Positions 36,413 through 45,167 of a DNA stretch of 64,000 nt are shown piece by piece (position 1 is the first letter of the stretch; each line of letters opens with the position of its first letter). A model generated the notes under the pieces. The model did no database searches. It saw only the letters and a program-made list of their open reading frames with translations, and was not told the origin of the DNA. The stretch covers positions 80,701-144,700 of the forward strand of contig JBIIJY010000001.1 of assembly GCA_044233485.1 (NCBI GenBank). Direction: 5' to 3'. Both the position numbers and the translations under genes were made by a program. This DNA is from Minisyncoccia bacterium (GTDB lineage: Bacteria > Patescibacteriota > Minisyncoccia > Phycocordibacterales > UBA6065).

Positions 36413-36481
36413 ATATATTTTTTGTGTATAAAAAATCCCGCGCAAGTTTCCAAGCGCGGGTAAGAGATAAGGGTGTAAGCC

Positions 36482-37249
36482 TTAAGCTGTAAGAGGAACC
36501 TCTTTTGCTAAACGCGGACCGCTGAAGGCGTACTGACGGTCAGCAAGCCGGCTGCTCAAGTTAACCTGCAGGCGGCCGCAATCCCAGTCGCCGCACGCGA
36601 CGTCCTCGCCGAGACGTTGATGTGGGAAAATTGTGTGTCCACGCACGTCATGCGTCAAAACCCTCCGCCACACGTTGAACGCTTGGCGAATAATATACTC
36701 AGCACGAGTCATCCACGTCAAACCAAGACCCTCGGCGTCTTTTGCAGACCTGCCGAGATATTCTGTGTCAGGCTCAACAGAATCTGCAAACGACCGTAGA
36801 GTCATCTTGCCCGACGCAACAGAATGACTGAAGGGGTCGAGGTCAACGTGGAGATAATACGGAACCAGAGGCCTCAAGAGCTCAACGAGTTCTTGGTCCG
36901 ACATCGTGCCGGGATTAACGACATACATTCTGCCCTTCTCGGGGATAATGCTTGCGAGTTGCTTGCTGAAATCAATTTTGAACATGAGCCAAAACTGGCT
37001 CCAAAGTTCGATCTCGGTCAAACCAGCTTCGGCAGATGGAAATACCCGTGCTTCGGGGATGACTGGAGCAGGAGCACTGCCTGTGCCCTTCGCCAAGTCC
37101 CCCGGAAGGACAAACCCGCGCCTCAAAGCGACGGGAATTTCTCCGAGATTACTGAGATAGTAGGTCACCGCCTCATGTGACAAACACAGGATGTTTGCCA
37201 CAATCTTTCCTGCGAGGGTGATGTGTTGCTTCGAGGGTGCTGTTTCCAT
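36482..37249 (-). CDS. Hypothetical protein (255 aa), GC-rich, bracketed by the 32 bp repeat
   Basis: Clean ORF of higher GC than the surroundings. Contains HVDLDP and GDWDCG motifs, but no family recognised. Confidence 0.55.
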   Translation of the reverse strand: METAPSKQHITLAGKIVANILCLSHEAVTYYLSNLGEIPVALRRGFVLPGDLAKGTGSAPAPVIPEARVFPSAEAGLTEIELWSQFWLMFKIDFSKQLASIIPEKGRMYVVNPGTMSDQELVELLRPLVPYYLHVDLDPFSHSVASGKMTLRSFADSVEPDTEYLGRSAKDAEGLGLTWMTRAEYIIRQAFNVWRRVLTHDVRGHTIFPHQRLGEDVACGDWDCGRLQVNLSSRLADRQYAFSGPRLAKEVPLTA

Positions 37250-37451
37250 AACAGGTGCCTTTATTGTGCCCCAGACTGATCGCGACTTGACGGTGATCGT
37301 TGTGTTGTATTGCCAGGGCTAACTACTCTTAACACATTAAGCACAGTTAGCCCTGTAATACACAAAATCAATGTGCTCTATCACTATACATAATAACATA
37401 TATATTATATATAGTCAATTCATATGCATTCCGCCTCGATACTCCTCCGAG

Positions 37452-37483
37452 CAAAATAACCACCCTCACGGGTGGTTATTTTG
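37452..37483. repeat. Copy 2 of the perfect 32 bp direct repeat hairpin
   Basis: Identical to 36381-36412. Confidence 0.85.
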
Positions 37484-37517
37484 CTATACTATTTTCTATA
37501 TAAATAATATAAACCAC

Positions 37518-37751
37518 ATGGAAGCAGCACCAGGAACACCAGAACAAGTGAAGTTATCAGTGACATACGAATTTGAAATTGGACAAGTATTCAATCGAGC
37601 TGAGTCTGGAATGCCACTTCAGTACTTTTTAGAAAATGAAGAGAAACTTACTTCTGAACAGATTGCTCAGATAGAGGCACTCTTGAAGGATACAAGCCTC
37701 TCAGCTGGTAAGCGCGCTGCGGCTGTCGGCAAAATACTACGAGATTTGTAA
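37518..37751 (+). CDS. Small hypothetical protein (77 aa)
   Basis: ORF starting at MEAAPGTPEQ, after repeat copy 2 and ending at a hairpin terminator. The track ORF extends upstream across the repeat and was trimmed. Confidence 0.4.
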   Translation: MEAAPGTPEQVKLSVTYEFEIGQVFNRAESGMPLQYFLENEEKLTSEQIAQIEALLKDTSLSAGKRAAAVGKILRDL

Positions 37752-37754
37752 CGC

Positions 37755-37786
37755 TACAAAAAACCACCCTCGCGGGTGGTTTTTTG
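37755..37786. terminator. Bidirectional terminator (aaaaaaccaccc tcgc gggtggtttttt)
   Basis: Variant of the recurring hairpin family, between convergent genes. Confidence 0.7.
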
Positions 37787-37799
37787 TTACTAACAGAAG

Positions 37800-38084
37800 T
37801 TAGTTTCGTGGGCGGAATTCTCGTCGTGGAGGTCGCTCTTCAAGCGGCTTTGCCTCGTTAACTTTGATTTGTCGTCCTTCAAAATCTTTACCATCAAAAG
37901 CTTCGATAAGCTTTGCTGCATCAGCATCTTCACATGTTACGAAACCGAATCCTCGACTTCGATTTGTCATCTTGTCGATCATAACGATTGCGTCTGAGAT
38001 AGGTGCAACAGAACTAAAACCTGCTTTTAATGAATCCGTGGTAGTTCCCCATGCGAGGTTACCAACATACAATTTGATTGCCAT
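37800..38084 (-). CDS. RRM-type RNA-binding protein
   Basis: 94 aa; RNP2 (KLYVGNL) and RNP1 (RGFGFV) motifs. Confidence 0.85.
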   Translation of the reverse strand: MAIKLYVGNLAWGTTTDSLKAGFSSVAPISDAIVMIDKMTNRSRGFGFVTCEDADAAKLIEAFDGKDFEGRQIKVNEAKPLEERPPRREFRPRN

Positions 38085-38249
38085 CTAATTACTTAATTAT
38101 ATTAACGTACAGTTCCCCGTACACTCTTGGATAGATTTTGATGTATCAAGCTCACGCCAACGTTCCTTTCCCCTAACCTTGAGATACTCATGATACTACC
38201 ACAGGTATGAGAATATGCAATGCACGAGTTGACATACAAGTCTTTTTGT

Positions 38250-38610
38250 ATTTTTCTTATGTTGCGTATTGAATTCATCCATAAGAGGAGTACTATCGTA
38301 TGTAGAGCTCGACGTTTCGTTGTCGAAACGAGACCCCAATCAAGCGAGCGCATACCGCTTTGCAAAACGGGGGTGAACCTTCGAACCACGTGCGACCGTG
38401 AGTAGAACGAATACGCCTCACATTCGCAAGTTTCCCTGAGGACTGCAGGCTACATCACGCAATCGCCAACACTCCGAATCTCAAGCTCACTCGCCGATGC
38501 CTTCTCAAAAGCAGTCGGTCGCCCTTGTCCCCGCTCGCCTTGTAAAAGGCGACGCGGGGGCTTTTTTATACCTTTATTTTCCGCGCAAATCCGTATATAG
38601 TGATACCTAT
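38250..38610 (+). promoter_or_regulatory. valS 5' leader with intrinsic terminator (38528-38567); candidate T-box-like attenuator
   Basis: About 360 nt untranslated leader after a TTGACA box (38229). Hairpin ccccgctcgcc..ggcgacgcgggg + TTTTTT ends about 45 nt before the valS ATG. A gggugaacc element lies upstream, but the canonical T-box 14-mer was not found. Confidence 0.35.
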
Positions 38611-40821
38611 ATGGCACTCCCTGAAAAACTAACGAAACCCTACAACCCCCAAGAGACCGAACCTCGAGTCTATAAGCTCGAAGAGGAGTCGGGACTTTTC
38701 AATCCAGATATCGCGGTAGCGCAAGGCTTTACTGCAGCAGATGCAAAACCCTATACTATCATCCTCCCGCCACCAAACGTCACCGGCGTCCTTCATATGG
38801 GACACGCCCTCATGGTGACCATACAGGACATTCTCATTCGTTTTCATCGACTTAAGGGATACAAGACGCTCTGGCTTCCAGGGACAGATCACGCGGCAAT
38901 CGCCACTCAGTCTGTCGTCGAAAAAAAGATTTCTAAAGAAGAAGGCAAGAGTCGATACGATGTCGGTCGAGACGAGCTCCTTCGGCGTATCGGAGAATTC
39001 GCTCAATCAAGTCACGACACCATCGTCGGCCAAATGAAAGTACTCGGTGCATCACTAGACTGGTCACGAGAAGCCTTTACTCTCGATGAAAAACGTACGC
39101 GCGCGGTATATACCGTGTTTGAGCAGATGTACAATGACGGACTCATCTTTCGAGGAAATCGAATCGTCAACTGGGATCCAAAAGGCCAGACGACGATTTC
39201 TGACGATGAGATCGTTTACGAAGCCCGGAAAGCCAAACTCTACACGTTCAAATACGCTCCTGATTTCCCTATCGCGATCTCAACTACACGACCAGAGACG
39301 AAAGTCGGAGATGTGGCTGTGGCTGTGCATCCGAGCGATGAACGCTATCGTGAGTATGTCGGAAAAGAGTATGACCTTGAATTTTGCGGCGCGCCAATTC
39401 ATGTTCGCATCGTCGCCGATGAGTCGGTAGAAAAAGAGTTCGGTACAGGAGCGCTCGGTGTTACTCCAGCTCACTCGGCTATCGACTGGGAGATTGCGAA
39501 TCGACACGACCTCCCTCGCCCGCAAGTGATCAATGAATATGCGAAGATAACCAATATCCCGGCAACAAGTCCGATTTTTGGTAAAAAAGTAGCGGAGGCG
39601 CGGGAGCTCGTCGTCGCTTGGCTGACCGAGCAAAATCTTCTCATCGAGGCAAAGGAGATTGAGCAAAACATCACGACCGCAGAACGAACTGGTGGCATCA
39701 TTGAGCCACTTCCAAAACTTCAGTGGTTTGTGAATGTAAATAAGCCGATCCCCGCCCGAGGTAACAAAACGCTCAAGGAGCTCATGCGCGAGCCAGTAGA
39801 GTCTGGTCGTATTGCGATACATCCAGATTATTTTGGAAAGACCTATTTCCACTGGATTGACAATCTTCGTGACTGGTGTATCTCACGCCAGATCTGGTAC
39901 GGACACCGAATTCCAGTTTGGTATAAAGACACCGTAGCAGCTGACGGAACAGTGAAACAAGAAATCATGTGCACGACCACTGCACCAGTCGATTCTGGAT
40001 GGAAACAAGACGAGGACACACTCGACACCTGGTTCTCATCAGCTCTGTGGACGTTCTCAACTCTCGGCTGGCCAGAGAAAACTCCAGATCTTAAAATGTT
40101 CCACCCAACAGACGTGCTCGAGACCGGGTATGAGATCCTCTTTTTCTGGGTCGCCCGAATGATTCTTATGTCTCAGTATGTACTTGGTGAGATTCCGTTC
40201 AAGCACGTCTACCTCCACGGAACGGTGCGTGATGCTCAAGGGCGAAAAATGTCAAAGACACTCGGTAATGGACTCGACCCGCTCGAGATCGCAAAAGAGT
40301 TTGGTTCAGATGCTGGACGTATGGCACTGATTTACGGAACAGCTCCTGGAACTGACTCAAAGATTTCGAAAGACAAGATTAAAGGGTATCGAAACTTTGC
40401 CAACAAAGTCTGGAATATTTCTCGGTTTATTCTCGAGTCGACTGAAGGCATTACCTACGATAAGGTGTTCACCGCTTGGACACCGGCAGACAAAGCACAT
40501 ATTGAAAAACGAGATCAGGAATTTGCCCTGCTTACTCGAGAGCTCGATGAATTCAATCTTCATATCGCCGCTGAGCGTATCTATCAGTACCTCTGGAAAG
40601 AAGTTGCCGATACTATCATCGAGGAATCAAAACCAATTCTCAAAGGAACTGATATGACTGCACGAGAAAGTCGTGGTCAATTCTTGCTCCACACGCTGAG
40701 AACGAGCCTTGTCTGCCTGCATCCATTCATGCCACACCTCACCAACGAGCTCTGGACACTGCTCCCATTCCGTTCTACACGGCCTTTGCTTGTCGAAGAG
40801 TGGCCAGTCGTGCGAAAATAG
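38611..40821 (+). CDS. valS: Valine--tRNA ligase
   Basis: HIGH-like HMGH and KMSKT (KMSKS) motifs. The track ORF starts at 38497, but the conserved N-terminus begins at MALPEKLTKPYNPQE (ATG 38611), which also clears the leader terminator. Confidence 0.95.
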   Translation: MALPEKLTKPYNPQETEPRVYKLEEESGLFNPDIAVAQGFTAADAKPYTIILPPPNVTGVLHMGHALMVTIQDILIRFHRLKGYKTLWLPGTDHAAIATQSVVEKKISKEEGKSRYDVGRDELLRRIGEFAQSSHDTIVGQMKVLGASLDWSREAFTLDEKRTRAVYTVFEQMYNDGLIFRGNRIVNWDPKGQTTISDDEIVYEARKAKLYTFKYAPDFPIAISTTRPETKVGDVAVAVHPSDERYREYVGKEYDLEFCGAPIHVRIVADESVEKEFGTGALGVTPAHSAIDWEIANRHDLPRPQVINEYAKITNIPATSPIFGKKVAEARELVVAWLTEQNLLIEAKEIEQNITTAERTGGIIEPLPKLQWFVNVNKPIPARGNKTLKELMREPVESGRIAIHPDYFGKTYFHWIDNLRDWCISRQIWYGHRIPVWYKDTVAADGTVKQEIMCTTTAPVDSGWKQDEDTLDTWFSSALWTFSTLGWPEKTPDLKMFHPTDVLETGYEILFFWVARMILMSQYVLGEIPFKHVYLHGTVRDAQGRKMSKTLGNGLDPLEIAKEFGSDAGRMALIYGTAPGTDSKISKDKIKGYRNFANKVWNISRFILESTEGITYDKVFTAWTPADKAHIEKRDQEFALLTRELDEFNLHIAAERIYQYLWKEVADTIIEESKPILKGTDMTARESRGQFLLHTLRTSLVCLHPFMPHLTNELWTLLPFRSTRPLLVEEWPVVRK

Positions 40822-40825
40822 AGAG

Positions 40826-41530
40826 GTGGATTCAACTCAGATCTTACAAGCCTTCGCTTTTTCATTCTTCGGAGGAATTATTCCAGCACTCGTCTGGCTA
40901 TGGTTTTGGATACAAGAAGATAAAGCTCATCCCGAGCCAAAGAAAAATATCTTTCTCGCCTGCCTAGCTGGTTTTCTTTCAGTCATCATCGCGCTTGGTT
41001 TACAAAAACTTGTAGTCGCGTTTGGTTTTGACCCTTATCATGAGCAGACAGTAATTATATTTGCCAGCATCGAAGAACTCGTGAAGTACTACATGGTCTT
41101 TTTGATCGCCCTTCGCCTACCGATCTGTGATGAACCGATCGATGAGATGGTATACATGGTCGCCGGAGCGATCGGCTTTGCAGCACTGGAGAATATGCTC
41201 TATATTCTCAACCCCCTCCTTGACGGCAGAATTGCCGAGAGTATTTCAACAGGAAACTTACGCTTTATTGGGCCAACTCTACTTCACATTGTAGCTTCAG
41301 GGATCATCGGATACTTTGCCGGGCTCTCCTTCTACGGAAGCCGTCTCAAAAAAACCACCTATCGAATCCTGGGGATCACGCTCGCCTGCATCATCCACAT
41401 CGCCTACAACCTCTACATTCTCAATGCTTTTTCGATACAACTTTTTGCCTTTGTGGGTGTGTGGATAGCGGTCATTGTGCTCATCCTACTATTTGAGAGA
41501 ATTAAAGGAGTAACACAACCACAAAACTAA
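40826..41530 (+). CDS. PrsW-family intramembrane protease-like protein
   Basis: Multi-TM protein with EELVKY (EExxK), FAALENMLY (FxxxE) and HIAYN (HxxxN) motifs. GTG start 5 nt after the valS stop; the in-frame upstream extension overlaps valS and is rejected. Confidence 0.55.
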   Translation: MDSTQILQAFAFSFFGGIIPALVWLWFWIQEDKAHPEPKKNIFLACLAGFLSVIIALGLQKLVVAFGFDPYHEQTVIIFASIEELVKYYMVFLIALRLPICDEPIDEMVYMVAGAIGFAALENMLYILNPLLDGRIAESISTGNLRFIGPTLLHIVASGIIGYFAGLSFYGSRLKKTTYRILGITLACIIHIAYNLYILNAFSIQLFAFVGVWIAVIVLILLFERIKGVTQPQN

Positions 41531-41540
41531 TCTCACCACT

Positions 41541-41999
41541 ATGGCACCAAAACGTACTTTTTTCGAACGACTCACCGGCTCCCTCAAAGAATCCGACTCG
41601 AGTTCAAGTAAACACTTGCACGTCTCTCACGAAGACGGTGATGTGACGATCCCTGACGAAGAATCAGTCGATGGTCAGCTCGCGGTAGATGTATATCAGA
41701 CTCCCGATGAGATCATCATCAAGACAATGGTCGCCGGTGTAAAGCCTGATGATCTTGATATTCAGATTACTCGTGACATGGTCGTCATTCGCGGTGAACG
41801 AAGTGAACTCCAAGAAGAACAGTCGGCAGACTATTTCCACAAAGAATTGTACTGGGGAACTTTTTCTCGAGCGGTTCAACTCCCCGAAGAGGTCGAGGTT
41901 GAAGAAGCAGAGGCGGTCGAAAAGCACGGTCTACTCATTCTCCGATTGCCAAAGATAGACAAGACAAAGCAGAATAAAGTAAAAGTAAAATCACTCTAA
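41541..41999 (+). CDS. Hsp20/alpha-crystallin family small heat-shock protein
   Basis: 152 aa; alpha-crystallin domain (DVYQTPDEIIIK...VVIRGER...LLILRLPK). Confidence 0.85.
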   Translation: MAPKRTFFERLTGSLKESDSSSSKHLHVSHEDGDVTIPDEESVDGQLAVDVYQTPDEIIIKTMVAGVKPDDLDIQITRDMVVIRGERSELQEEQSADYFHKELYWGTFSRAVQLPEEVEVEEAEAVEKHGLLILRLPKIDKTKQNKVKVKSL

Positions 42000-42002
42000 A
42001 CA

Positions 42003-42025
42003 AAAACTCCCTTCGGGGAGTTTTT
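42003..42025. terminator. Bidirectional terminator (aaaaactccc ttcg gggagttttt)
   Basis: Perfect stem between convergent Hsp20 gene and the 89 aa gene. Confidence 0.7.
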
Positions 42026-42027
42026 GT

Positions 42028-42297
42028 TTAGAGTGAATCTACGAAGTCACAGATCTCCTGATCTGCCCGAGTAAACTGTGTCGCTATGTCTCCACGAGGT
42101 TCCGTGCCAATAAGTGCTAAGAACAATTGACTTGTGCGGAGTAGTTCTCGACCTCCATGACGTTGTTCAAGTTTTTTAACAAAATCAAATATCGAATCCT
42201 GAACTCGTTGGAGCTCAGTCGGGTCGCCTGATTGTACTTTCGCGAGTAATTTCTGTCGAATACGATCGACTGATTCATTTCCATTACATTGTTCCAT
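42028..42297 (-). CDS. Small hypothetical protein (89 aa), translationally coupled to the Mur ligase gene
   Basis: Overlaps the upstream gene by 14 nt. No family recognised. Confidence 0.45.
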   Translation of the reverse strand: MEQCNGNESVDRIRQKLLAKVQSGDPTELQRVQDSIFDFVKKLEQRHGGRELLRTSQLFLALIGTEPRGDIATQFTRADQEICDFVDSL

Positions 42298-43666
42298 GAC
42301 TGTATATTTTGGTTAATTCTTCACGTACTACCACTCTATCATCCCATGGTAGTTCTTTTCCATTGACGATCATTGATTGCTCAGCTCCTTTGCCAGTAAT
42401 CATCACACAGTCCCCTGACTTTGCTAGAGAAAGAGCCTTTCGGATTCCCTCGCGACGATCCTCGATTGTAAAGACGGTCTCGTTCTCAATTTTTCCGAAA
42501 GCGACAACAGAATTTTTAATATCCAAAAGTATTTCTTGCGGATCGTCTTCATACGGATCAACATTTGAAACGACCACGTAGTCGGCATACCGACCGACCA
42601 CTTCACCCATCTGACTTCGCTTCGCCTTGTCGCGCCCTCCACCCTCAGCTCCCAAGAGAATAATTACCTTACCACTCTCGCCCGCAAGACCGCGTGCGGT
42701 GTCGACGGCATACTTCATACTGATCTTTTCGTGGGCATAGTCTACAAACACCTTGAATCCTTGACCGACGGTTATTTCTTCCATACGGCCAGGAATCAGA
42801 GCTACATTACTCACCCCGCGAGCGATTTGCTCGAAGCCAAGACCAAACAGTTCACCGACGCAAATGCCGCCTAGGGCATTGTATATATTGAACGAACCAG
42901 GCAGTGAGAGCGTGTAACGGACTCCATTGACCGAAAATGAAACGGTATCAGAAGCATCCGTTCGTAGTGCCTGATGAGACGACTCAACCAGGAAACTGAA
43001 ATCCATCTTTTGCGCATTACCACTTACTTTAAGAAAATCCTGAGCATGCTCACTATCTTTATTGACGATTGCAGTCGCTGGAATCGCATACGGCACACCC
43101 GGTTTCTTTTTCCATGACTGCAGCACCTTAAATAGTTTCAATTTCTCCCCCTTATACTTTTCAAAACTTCCCCCATGCGAAGGAAGATGTTCTGGAGTGA
43201 GATTGGTAAAAACAGTCACGTCATACTGGATTCCCAGATGTCTATTTTGCTTAATCCCTTCTGACGTTGTCTCGATCACCGCCACTCGTAACCCTTCGGA
43301 ATACATGTCCTTAAGGAGCTTCTGGATGATGTACGGATTGGGCATCGACATATGATAGGGATTCAATATCTCTTCTTTACCATCACGAGAAATAAACGCT
43401 GTAGTGAGGTATCCAACACGAATTCCACCTGCCTGAAGTACTGAAGCGATGTATTTTACGGTTGATGTCTTTCCTTTTGTCCCCGTAACTCCGATCACAA
43501 TCATGTTCTGCGTCGGGAACCCGTTCAAGGCACTGGCAAGCCAAGCGTGGAAGGCGTGATACAAGAGGAGCAGCGGCTCGGGAACAAGGTTTCGTATCAG
43601 GCGAAACTGAGAGATAAAACGTTGTAGGTGATGCATGTTTTGAGTATAACAAACCAATATGCTCAA
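42284..43666 (-). CDS. Mur ligase family protein (MurE/MurF-like UDP-MurNAc-peptide ligase)
   Basis: 460 aa; IGVTGTKGKTST P-loop, Mur ligase middle and C-terminal domains. The short N-terminal domain prevents a confident MurC/D/E/F assignment. Confidence 0.7.
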   Translation of the reverse strand: MSILVCYTQNMHHLQRFISQFRLIRNLVPEPLLLLYHAFHAWLASALNGFPTQNMIVIGVTGTKGKTSTVKYIASVLQAGGIRVGYLTTAFISRDGKEEILNPYHMSMPNPYIIQKLLKDMYSEGLRVAVIETTSEGIKQNRHLGIQYDVTVFTNLTPEHLPSHGGSFEKYKGEKLKLFKVLQSWKKKPGVPYAIPATAIVNKDSEHAQDFLKVSGNAQKMDFSFLVESSHQALRTDASDTVSFSVNGVRYTLSLPGSFNIYNALGGICVGELFGLGFEQIARGVSNVALIPGRMEEITVGQGFKVFVDYAHEKISMKYAVDTARGLAGESGKVIILLGAEGGGRDKAKRSQMGEVVGRYADYVVVSNVDPYEDDPQEILLDIKNSVVAFGKIENETVFTIEDRREGIRKALSLAKSGDCVMITGKGAEQSMIVNGKELPWDDRVVVREELTKIYSHGTM

Positions 43667-43700
43667 GCGAACCTACCACATGCGCTGCATGTGGTCTTAG

Positions 43701-43730
43701 ATTGTAATTTTGTGCTGGGACCCAGGTTCG
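43701..43730. repeat. Partial duplicate of the tRNA-Phe 3' end plus trailer (28/30 identical to 43850-43880)
   Basis: attgtaattttgtgctgggacccaggttcg versus attctaattatgtgctgggacccaggttcg, 149 bp apart. Confidence 0.8.
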
Positions 43731-43861
43731 CCCGCACCTCTCGTCTCGTCGTCACTCGACTCGGGTTGGGCACCGCCTCGCTATTTTTCGAAGCGAAAAA
43801 TAAAGCTCCGGCGTTCGAACCTGCCATACGCTCTCGCATATGGCACTAGATTCTAATTATG

Positions 43862-43934
43862 TGCTGGGACCCAGGTTCGAACTGGGGACCCTTCCCTCTT
43901 CAGGGGAATGCTCTACCAACTGAGCTATCCCAGC
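43862..43934 (-). tRNA. tRNA-Phe (anticodon GAA)
   Basis: GCTGGGA-TA-GCTC-AGTTGGTA-GAGC-A-TTCCC-CTGAAGA-GGGAA-GGGTC-CCCAG-TTCGAAC-CTGGG-TCCCAGC-A; canonical cloverleaf. Confidence 0.9.
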
Positions 43935-43950
43935 AAAATCATTCGTACTC

Positions 43951-44262
43951 CTATCGCTTTGGGAGTGTAACGGGCTGCTTGATGGTCTCGGTGACTTTCT
44001 CTACAGAATTAGTCACCGTGTCCAAACCAGACTTAACAGTTTCAATATTTGTCTGCATCTGCATGTAGACCGTCTTTAATTGGTCGTAGTAAGGCAGAAT
44101 ACTGTAATACGCCCCTACCACTGCCGCGATCATGACCCCCCAGTAGACGACCTTAAAGAAGGCACCCATAGAAGCTCGTCGCTGCATCTTTTTCAAGATC
44201 TTATTGTTCTCTTTTGAGAGTTCAGCTACTTCTTGAATCAAGATTCGTTCTTCTGGGGTCAT
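43951..44262 (-). CDS. Small hypothetical membrane protein (103 aa) between two tRNA genes
   Basis: One TM segment (GAFFKVVYWGVMIAAVVGAYY). No family recognised. Confidence 0.45.
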   Translation of the reverse strand: MTPEERILIQEVAELSKENNKILKKMQRRASMGAFFKVVYWGVMIAAVVGAYYSILPYYDQLKTVYMQMQTNIETVKSGLDTVTNSVEKVTETIKQPVTLPKR

Positions 44263-44329
44263 GCACCATAATTTAGCATATTTTTACTCACGGGTAAATA
44301 TGCCCCAAAGGCACTTGTTCTCGCGCACA

Positions 44330-44404
44330 TGGTGCCCTCGGCTGGAATTGAACCAACATCTATCCCTTAGGACGGGACTGTTCTATCCGTTGAACTACGG
44401 GGGC
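44330..44404 (-). tRNA. tRNA-Arg (anticodon CCU), CCA encoded
   Basis: GCCCCCG-TA-GTTC-AACGGATA-GAAC-A-GTCCC-GTCCTAA-GGGAT-AGATG-GTTGG-TTCAATT-CCAGC-CGAGGGC-A-CCA. One C-A mismatch in the acceptor stem and a G at position 32. Confidence 0.7.
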
Positions 44405-44431
44405 AAAGACTAGTACTTCACAGCCTATCAA

Positions 44432-44455
44432 AAAAGTCGCCGCTGGGCGACTTTT
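44432..44455 (-). terminator. Intrinsic terminator after the glutaredoxin gene
   Basis: aaaagtcgcc gctg ggcgactttt with T-run on the minus strand. Confidence 0.65.
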
Positions 44456-44458
44456 CTT

Positions 44459-44698
44459 TTATTTGATTCCGACCACCTGCTTGAGCGCGTTCTCATCGAA
44501 ACCGACCATCACCTGTCCATCAACATCAATCACCGGAACACCCATCTGACCAGTCTTCTCAACCATCTCCTTTCGAGCAGTAATATCGGTTGCTACATTA
44601 ATATCCTGAAATGGAATATTGTGCTTTGTCAGCAAATCTTTTGCGAGATGACAGTAGTGACAAGTAGGCGTTGAATATATTTTAATCGTATGTGCCAT
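44459..44698 (-). CDS. Glutaredoxin-like protein (NrdH/Grx family)
   Basis: 79 aa; CHYC active site (YSTPTCHYCHLAK), thioredoxin fold. Confidence 0.8.
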   Translation of the reverse strand: MAHTIKIYSTPTCHYCHLAKDLLTKHNIPFQDINVATDITARKEMVEKTGQMGVPVIDVDGQVMVGFDENALKQVVGIK

Positions 44699-44752
44699 GT
44701 GAATATTGATTAGGGTTTAATTGTACGCCGACTTGAACGAGAAAGCAAAAAA

Positions 44753-45130
44753 CTAATCAATTCTATCAGCCTGACGCGCTTCTTCGAGTGCGCGTAACTC
44801 TTGACGTTTGATCGCATCTGGATTATCAGACTCTGCAACCTTGTCTGGTTCTGGTAGAGCGGCAACAAGTTCCTGTACTTTGTCACGTAGACCATAGGTA
44901 TGAGCGAAAACCCTAAGGAGACTCTTTGAGTGCGCCATTGCTGGTACACCCTCGAGGACAAAATCACGAAGTAATTCTTTTGCGTCTAAAGAGACTTTAA
45001 ACTCAGGGTCTTGGGCTTCTATTTGTTCAATCACCGTCTGTAACTCACCGATCGATCCGACCTCGGCAATCATCTTTGCTGCACCCTGTTCCACCGAACC
45101 TTCATCTGCATTAAATGTTTCTGGATTCAT
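44753..45130 (-). CDS. Hypothetical acidic protein (125 aa), co-directional with the bPH/AlbA_2 gene
   Basis: ORF 37 nt downstream of 45168-46148. No family recognised. Confidence 0.45.
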   Translation of the reverse strand: MNPETFNADEGSVEQGAAKMIAEVGSIGELQTVIEQIEAQDPEFKVSLDAKELLRDFVLEGVPAMAHSKSLLRVFAHTYGLRDKVQELVAALPEPDKVAESDNPDAIKRQELRALEEARQADRID

Positions 45131-45167
45131 TGCTTTGTTATCGTATTACTTTTATGGAGCAAGTATA

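Noticed and set aside
37371-37517. Upstream extension of the 77 aa ORF
   Set aside because: It crosses the 32 bp hairpin repeat and an AT-rich promoter-like stretch, so the start was trimmed to ATG 37518.
40709-40825. Upstream extension of the PrsW-like ORF
   Set aside because: It overlaps the valS C-terminus in another frame. The likely start is the GTG at 40826 just after the valS stop.
43731-43849. Additional tRNA between the two tRNA-Phe 3'-end copies
   Set aside because: A GGTTCGAAC T-loop-like string is present, but no acceptor, D or anticodon stems can be paired. It is probably a degenerate remnant.
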